64,000 bases of DNA. It comes from Candidatus Zambryskiibacteriota bacterium (GTDB lineage Bacteria; Patescibacteriota; Minisyncoccia; Phycocordibacterales; WO2-35-19). Made by a program: the position numbers and the translations under genes. Location of the stretch: the NCBI GenBank assembly GCA_048499675.1, contig JASNZL010000007.1:2401-66400 (forward strand), in the 5' to 3' direction. Every line of letters begins with the position of its first letter. Position 1 is the first letter of the stretch. Below the pieces are notes generated by a model. It was not told where the DNA came from. It did no database searches and worked only from the letters and a program-made list of their open reading frames with translations. Shown piece after piece: positions 60,528 to 64,000 of the stretch.

Positions 60528-61484
60528 AAACTGATTTCCATGTTTCAATAATCCACAATATGAAGTGAGCACATTTACATTTTCACTCTCTTTTAATGCC
60601 TTAGTTACTCTTCTTTTAGTACTTGTCCTTAAAACTCTATGATTAGGAAAATGAACCCAACCCAAAAAATCAAGTCCAGAATAAATTGTCTTTATAAACA
60701 CTTTATCCGGATGAAATTCTAGCTTTAATTTTTTTTGAAGAAAATTGGAAATTTTTGGCATAAGGTTTAACAGAATATTTTTATCACTATCAAAAATAAC
60801 AAAATCATCAGCGTATCTAATATAATATTTAATTTTTAGTTTATGTTTTACAAACTGATCAAATTTATTCATATAAACATTGACCAAAAGTTGGGAAGTT
60901 AGATTACCCAAAGGGAGACCTGTATTTGGTTTACCAATTGTATTAAAACTTTCAATTACTCTCTCCAATAACCAAACTATGTCTTTGTCTTGTATATATT
61001 CATTTAAAATATTAATCAAAATCTCGTGATTTATTGAAGCAAAAAACTTTTTTATATCGCACTTCAATATATAACATTGTTTTGTATTATTTTTTGATAC
61101 TTTTGTACCAAAAAATCTAAATCTATTTATAGCCCTATGTGTTCCTTTGTTTAATCTGCACGAATAAGAATCATATATAAAAAGTTGGTCAAAATATGGG
61201 TATAAAACTCTATGTATGGCGTGGTGCAAAAGACGATCCCTTACACTTGCCTTGTGTATGTTTCTTGGTTTTGGGTCACTTATATTAAACGCTTTGTATC
61301 CATCATGTTTGTATGTTTTGTTTTTGAGAGCATGGTGTAAATCAATAATGTTTCCTGATAAATTTAGAGCAAACTCCGCGACATCTTTTTTATCTTTTTT
61401 ACCTTTTATGAATTCCTGCCATGATTCAAAAAGATTTTTAATTGATATAATATTTTCATAATCAATTTTAATTAAATTTTTCAT
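60477..61484 (-). CDS. Diversity-generating retroelement (DGR) reverse transcriptase
   Basis: Start MKNLIKIDYENIISIKNLFESWQEFIKGKKDKKDVAEF (DGR-RT N-terminus). Motifs SVRDRLLHHA, CDIKKFFASINHEIL, the DGR hallmark GLPLGNLTSQ (SQ in place of the SP of group II RTs), and YIRYADDFVIF. No maturase or endonuclease domain. The track ORF is extended artefactually to 61535 through the 5'-UTR hairpin and G11. Confidence 0.85.
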   Translation of the reverse strand: MKNLIKIDYENIISIKNLFESWQEFIKGKKDKKDVAEFALNLSGNIIDLHHALKNKTYKHDGYKAFNISDPKPRNIHKASVRDRLLHHAIHRVLYPYFDQLFIYDSYSCRLNKGTHRAINRFRFFGTKVSKNNTKQCYILKCDIKKFFASINHEILINILNEYIQDKDIVWLLERVIESFNTIGKPNTGLPLGNLTSQLLVNVYMNKFDQFVKHKLKIKYYIRYADDFVIFDSDKNILLNLMPKISNFLQKKLKLEFHPDKVFIKTIYSGLDFLGWVHFPNHRVLRTSTKRRVTKALKESENVNVLTSYCGLLKHGNQFAIKQEIENKIQNLLKK

Positions 61485-61869
61485 ATGAATACCAATTCTA
61501 CCCCCCCCCCGAGGATTACCACAAGTAATCCTCAAAGAAAAAGAAACGTATATTCTTTGGCAAAGATTACATAAAAATTTTCCAAAAGTTGAACGATTTG
61601 GTTTAGGACAAAAGATCGAAAATTTGTTTCTTTCTATTTTGGAATTAACTTTTTCTTCCGCCTATTTATCCCTCGAACCTAAAATATTGATGCTTGGCAA
61701 GACTATATCTCGACTTGATGTCCTTAAATTTTTTATTCAGATTGCTTGGGAGAATAAACTAATTTCAACAGAACAACACATTGCACTTTCAAACAACTTA
61801 GAGGAAATTGGCCGACAACTCGGTGGTTGGAAAAAAGGTTTAAAAACAAAACTCCCACCTAAAAAATGA
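61485..61869 (+). CDS. avd: DGR accessory variability determinant (Avd-like four-helix-bundle protein); N-terminus disrupted or phase-shifted by a C11 homopolymer
   Basis: The frame beginning at TTG 61558 gives …VYSLQRLHKNFPKVERFGLGQKIENL…LISTEQHIALSNNLEEIGRQLGGWKK, matching the Avd/TIGR02436 pattern. An ATG at 61485, head-to-head with the RT start codon (CATATG), would join this frame if the C-tract were 10 or 13 nt long. Confidence 0.55.
61501..61534. promoter_or_regulatory. C11/G11 homopolymer plus a 9-bp-stem hairpin (GAGGATTAC-CACAA-GTAATCCTC) in the 5' region shared by divergent avd and RT
   Basis: Direct sequence observation. This is the only long homopolymer in the window. Confidence 0.7.
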
Positions 61870-61885
61870 TGGGAGAAATGACTAG

Positions 61886-62005
61886 TTTCGGGACGACAAT
61901 CCGATGACGGTTGTCGCCATTCCACACATTGTCGTTCGAGAAGTGGTTGACGTTAGCGTTCGGCTTACCATCACTGTTCAGATTCACGTTAGCAACGAAG
62001 AATTT
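61886..62005 (-). repeat. DGR template repeat (TR)
   Basis: ~120 nt matching the VR at 62317-62436 with 20 mismatches. Every mismatch is at a position that is A in the TR (minus strand). The TR reading frame is rich in AAC/AAT codons (…NVNLNSDGKPNANVNHFSNDNVWNGDNRHRIVV). Confidence 0.85.
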
Positions 62006-62240
62006 GTGCAATAAATCTTCCATTACACCACTTATCAAATCATGATGAGTTGAATATTATCCGGGACATAAAAGTCCGCCAATTTAGCGCACCAACTAAT
62101 TATTTTTTATTTATAAGAATATACCCACTCTTTTGTAAGACTTATCCGACAAAATTCTCAAACATATTTTTATACAACTATGGCACCAAAGCCATGACCA
62201 TGGCACTTTGCATATATTGCAAATTTAGTATAACAAAAAT

Positions 62241-62278
62241 CCCTCAGACCCGCCCACAATTAGGAAAGGGTCTGAGGG
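62241..62278 (-). terminator. GC-rich hairpin 24 nt downstream of the VR/target stop (DGR-type cruciform and/or terminator)
   Basis: CCCTCAGACCC-N16-GGGTCTGAGGG followed by a T-run on the minus strand. Confidence 0.55.
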
Positions 62279-62301
62279 ATTAAGAATTAGAGGGTTAAGA
62301 G

Positions 62302-62931
62302 CTAAGCTACGAGGGTCTGCGGGACGACAAACCGATGACGGTAGTCGCCAAGCCACACAACGTCGCCCGAGAAGTGGTTGACGCAAGCGTCCGGCCCACC
62401 AGCACCGTACAGATGCACGAAAGCAACGAAGAATTCATCGCCCACCTTGAACAAAAAGAAGGTGGCGTATCCGTCAGTGCGGAGCCACTTCTTGTGGTTT
62501 TCCACAAAAGCAACGATTTGCTCCTGGGTCAGACAAAGATCGTCCCGTTCGCGACCAAGACTGCCGAAGATAGTTTTAAAATCGCCATCCTTGACCATCT
62601 CGTAGACCTCAACGGGAGTTTCCGGCTTTGCCTCCCCTGGGACATCCAAACCCCAGTTTTTGAACTCGGAGTCAATGCCCAAAGTGAACACATCACCGGC
62701 GGAAGAGACCATCCTTTGGCCGGTCGTGGCACGGATCGCGATTCGCTTTCCGCCGGAGATGAGGCGGAGAATTGGTTCTACCTCGACCTTCACCCAGCAG
62801 GGTTCCTTGCGGAGGAACTTTTTGAACTCTGCAATCCACTTGGTCCCGTCGGGACCAGACAGCTTCTCAAAAAAATCTGTGATTGCTCCGGCCACTTCAG
62901 CCAGAGTGTTTGTGCCGAGTACGCTTGACAT
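62302..62931 (-). CDS. DGR variable (target) protein, small and cytoplasmic, with the VR in its last ~40 codons
   Basis: 209 aa with no signal peptide. The VR is at 62317-62436 (…FFVAFVHLYGAGGPDACVNHFSGDVVWLGDYRHRFVVPQTLVA). The CDS is ~53% GC, against ~30% for the RT and avd. Confidence 0.75.
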   Translation of the reverse strand: MSSVLGTNTLAEVAGAITDFFEKLSGPDGTKWIAEFKKFLRKEPCWVKVEVEPILRLISGGKRIAIRATTGQRMVSSAGDVFTLGIDSEFKNWGLDVPGEAKPETPVEVYEMVKDGDFKTIFGSLGRERDDLCLTQEQIVAFVENHKKWLRTDGYATFFLFKVGDEFFVAFVHLYGAGGPDACVNHFSGDVVWLGDYRHRFVVPQTLVA

Positions 62932-63032
62932 AGTCAGCTCCTTCTCCTATTTAAAGCATAGGTGCTATTTTGGCTCTATCTATAATATACACCTAAACAC
63001 CCCTGTTTGTCAAGGGGTAAAACATCTTTGTT

Positions 63033-63908
63033 TTAGAGCGTATTTAGAAATTTTTTTATCTCCTCAAACTCCTCTGGCAAAGCCGATTCTACTTTTATAT
63101 GAGTTCCGCTTGGTAATTCCAATTTTATAGAAACGGCATGAAGCATTAATCTTTGCTTTTTCTTATCGTAACTCGTATCTCGTAACTCGTGCTTCATGCC
63201 CCCATATACTTTATCTCCTACGACAGGGTGCCCTATTGATTTCAAATGGACTCTAATCTGATGAGTTCTGCCAGTTTTTGGTTTTACTTCTACATAAGCC
63301 CCCACTTCGCCAAGGCTACGCGGGGTAAATAACCCTTGAGCTAAAACCTTGTATCCTGTGACCGCTTCCCTCAACTCCCCTTTTGCTCCATACTCTGCTG
63401 ACCACTTTCTAAAATCAGAAGCGCTCCGCCCAATTGGTTTGTCTATCACCCCTTCCAATTTATCTTCATTAAATTTACCCCAAACTACAGCGTGATAAAT
63501 TTTCTCTACTTTTCTAGCTTGGAATTGCTCTTTGAGATATTGATGAGCTTCTTTGGTTTTTGCAACCAAAATAACTCCACTTGTATCTTTGTCCAGTCGG
63601 TGCACTATCCCCGGTCTTTTTATGACTTCACCATTTTGTAAAATTTGTTCTTCCCCAACATCCTTAAGTTCTGGGTAATTTTGAAGAATCCAATCAGTCA
63701 AAGTTTTTTCTTTGCTCCTACTATCGGAACCTGCCCCGCGATCTGCGTCAGCTGATTTTGCGGAACCTGCCCCGCGATCTGCGTCAGCTGATTTTGCGGG
63801 GCTTGCCCCGCGATCTGCGTTAGTAGATTTTGCGGGGTGAACCAAAAGCCCACAAGGTTTATCAAGAGCCAATATATATTCGTCTTCATACAATATTTTT
63901 ATTTCCAT
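63033..63908 (-). CDS. RluA-family pseudouridine synthase with an in-frame 3 x 36-bp GC-rich tandem repeat insertion
   Basis: VHRLDKDTSG catalytic motif and RTHQIRVH motif. The repeat at 63727-63834 encodes (AKSADADRGAGS)x3. Confidence 0.8.
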   Translation of the reverse strand: MEIKILYEDEYILALDKPCGLLVHPAKSTNADRGASPAKSADADRGAGSAKSADADRGAGSDSRSKEKTLTDWILQNYPELKDVGEEQILQNGEVIKRPGIVHRLDKDTSGVILVAKTKEAHQYLKEQFQARKVEKIYHAVVWGKFNEDKLEGVIDKPIGRSASDFRKWSAEYGAKGELREAVTGYKVLAQGLFTPRSLGEVGAYVEVKPKTGRTHQIRVHLKSIGHPVVGDKVYGGMKHELRDTSYDKKKQRLMLHAVSIKLELPSGTHIKVESALPEEFEEIKKFLNTL

Positions 63909-63955
63909 TACAATACTATGCCATATTTTAAAATTTATGGTATATTGTCTGTTAT

Positions 63956-64000
63956 GCGCGCTTAGCTCAGTTGGTTAGAGCGACTGTTTTACACACAGTA
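63956..64000 (+). tRNA. tRNA-Val (anticodon UAC), 5' part, truncated by the window end
   Basis: GCGCGCT-TA-GCTC-AGTTGGTTA-GAGC-G-ACTGT-TTTACAC-ACAGT…. Confidence 0.7.

Noticed and set aside
61485-61535. N-terminal extension MRITCGNPRGGGRIGIH of the RT ORF in the track
   Set aside because: It is a translation of the hairpin plus G11 tract. The DGR-RT consensus N-terminus begins at the internal Met (61484).
62335-62928. 197-aa plus-strand ORF antisense to the DGR target gene, and the smaller ORFs at 62307-62513, 62378-62605, 62529-62732 and 62660-63130
   Set aside because: They are GC-driven open frames. The variable-repeat/template-repeat adenine pattern and reading frame only make sense for the minus-strand 209-aa gene.

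Overview
This is a low-GC (~30%) bacterial chromosome segment that reads mostly on the minus strand. It carries housekeeping genes (secD/secF, SEDS FtsW/RodA, rplJ-rplL, rpsF-ssb-rpsR, recA, efp, ftsK, metG, glyQS, ileS, recO, tatD), cell-envelope glycosyltransferases and large secreted proteins. Intergenic regions are packed with AT-rich short-repeat families. I infer from gene content and architecture that this looks like a Candidate Phyla Radiation (Patescibacteria) type genome.

The accessory content is unusually rich:
- **rRNA operon.** A 23S-5S operon with no linked 16S runs from its own consensus promoter. The 23S gene is interrupted by four intron-like insertions, two of which encode LAGLIDADG homing endonucleases. 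It also carries a family of at least four AT-rich intervening sequences with similar termini, plus a mini copy. A tRNA-like element sits in the 23S-5S spacer, and a degenerate 5S-like duplicate follows the 5S.
- **RAYT and REP elements.** A REP-associated tyrosine transposase is flanked by REP/REPIN doublets. A second REPIN pair brackets a YoeB-like toxin-antitoxin module.
- **GC-rich gene.** A ~58% GC coding sequence is embedded between a host-type, perfect-consensus promoter and a terminator.
- **Chimeric IleRS.** The ileS gene carries a complete histidine-phosphatase (PGAM-like) domain inserted into the synthetase.
- **DGR (most notable).** At 60.4-62.9 kb there is a complete diversity-generating retroelement:
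  - the reverse transcriptase has the LPLGNLTSQ and YADDF motifs;
  - an Avd-like four-helix-bundle gene sits head-to-head with the RT, with abutting start codons, an intervening hairpin and a C11 homopolymer;
  - a 120-bp template repeat matches a variable repeat at the 3' end of a small GC-rich cytoplasmic target gene, with 20 mismatches that all fall on template adenines;
  - a PemK/MazF-like toxin gene is inserted between the RT and ileS, flanked by ~75-bp direct repeats.

No CRISPR array is present.
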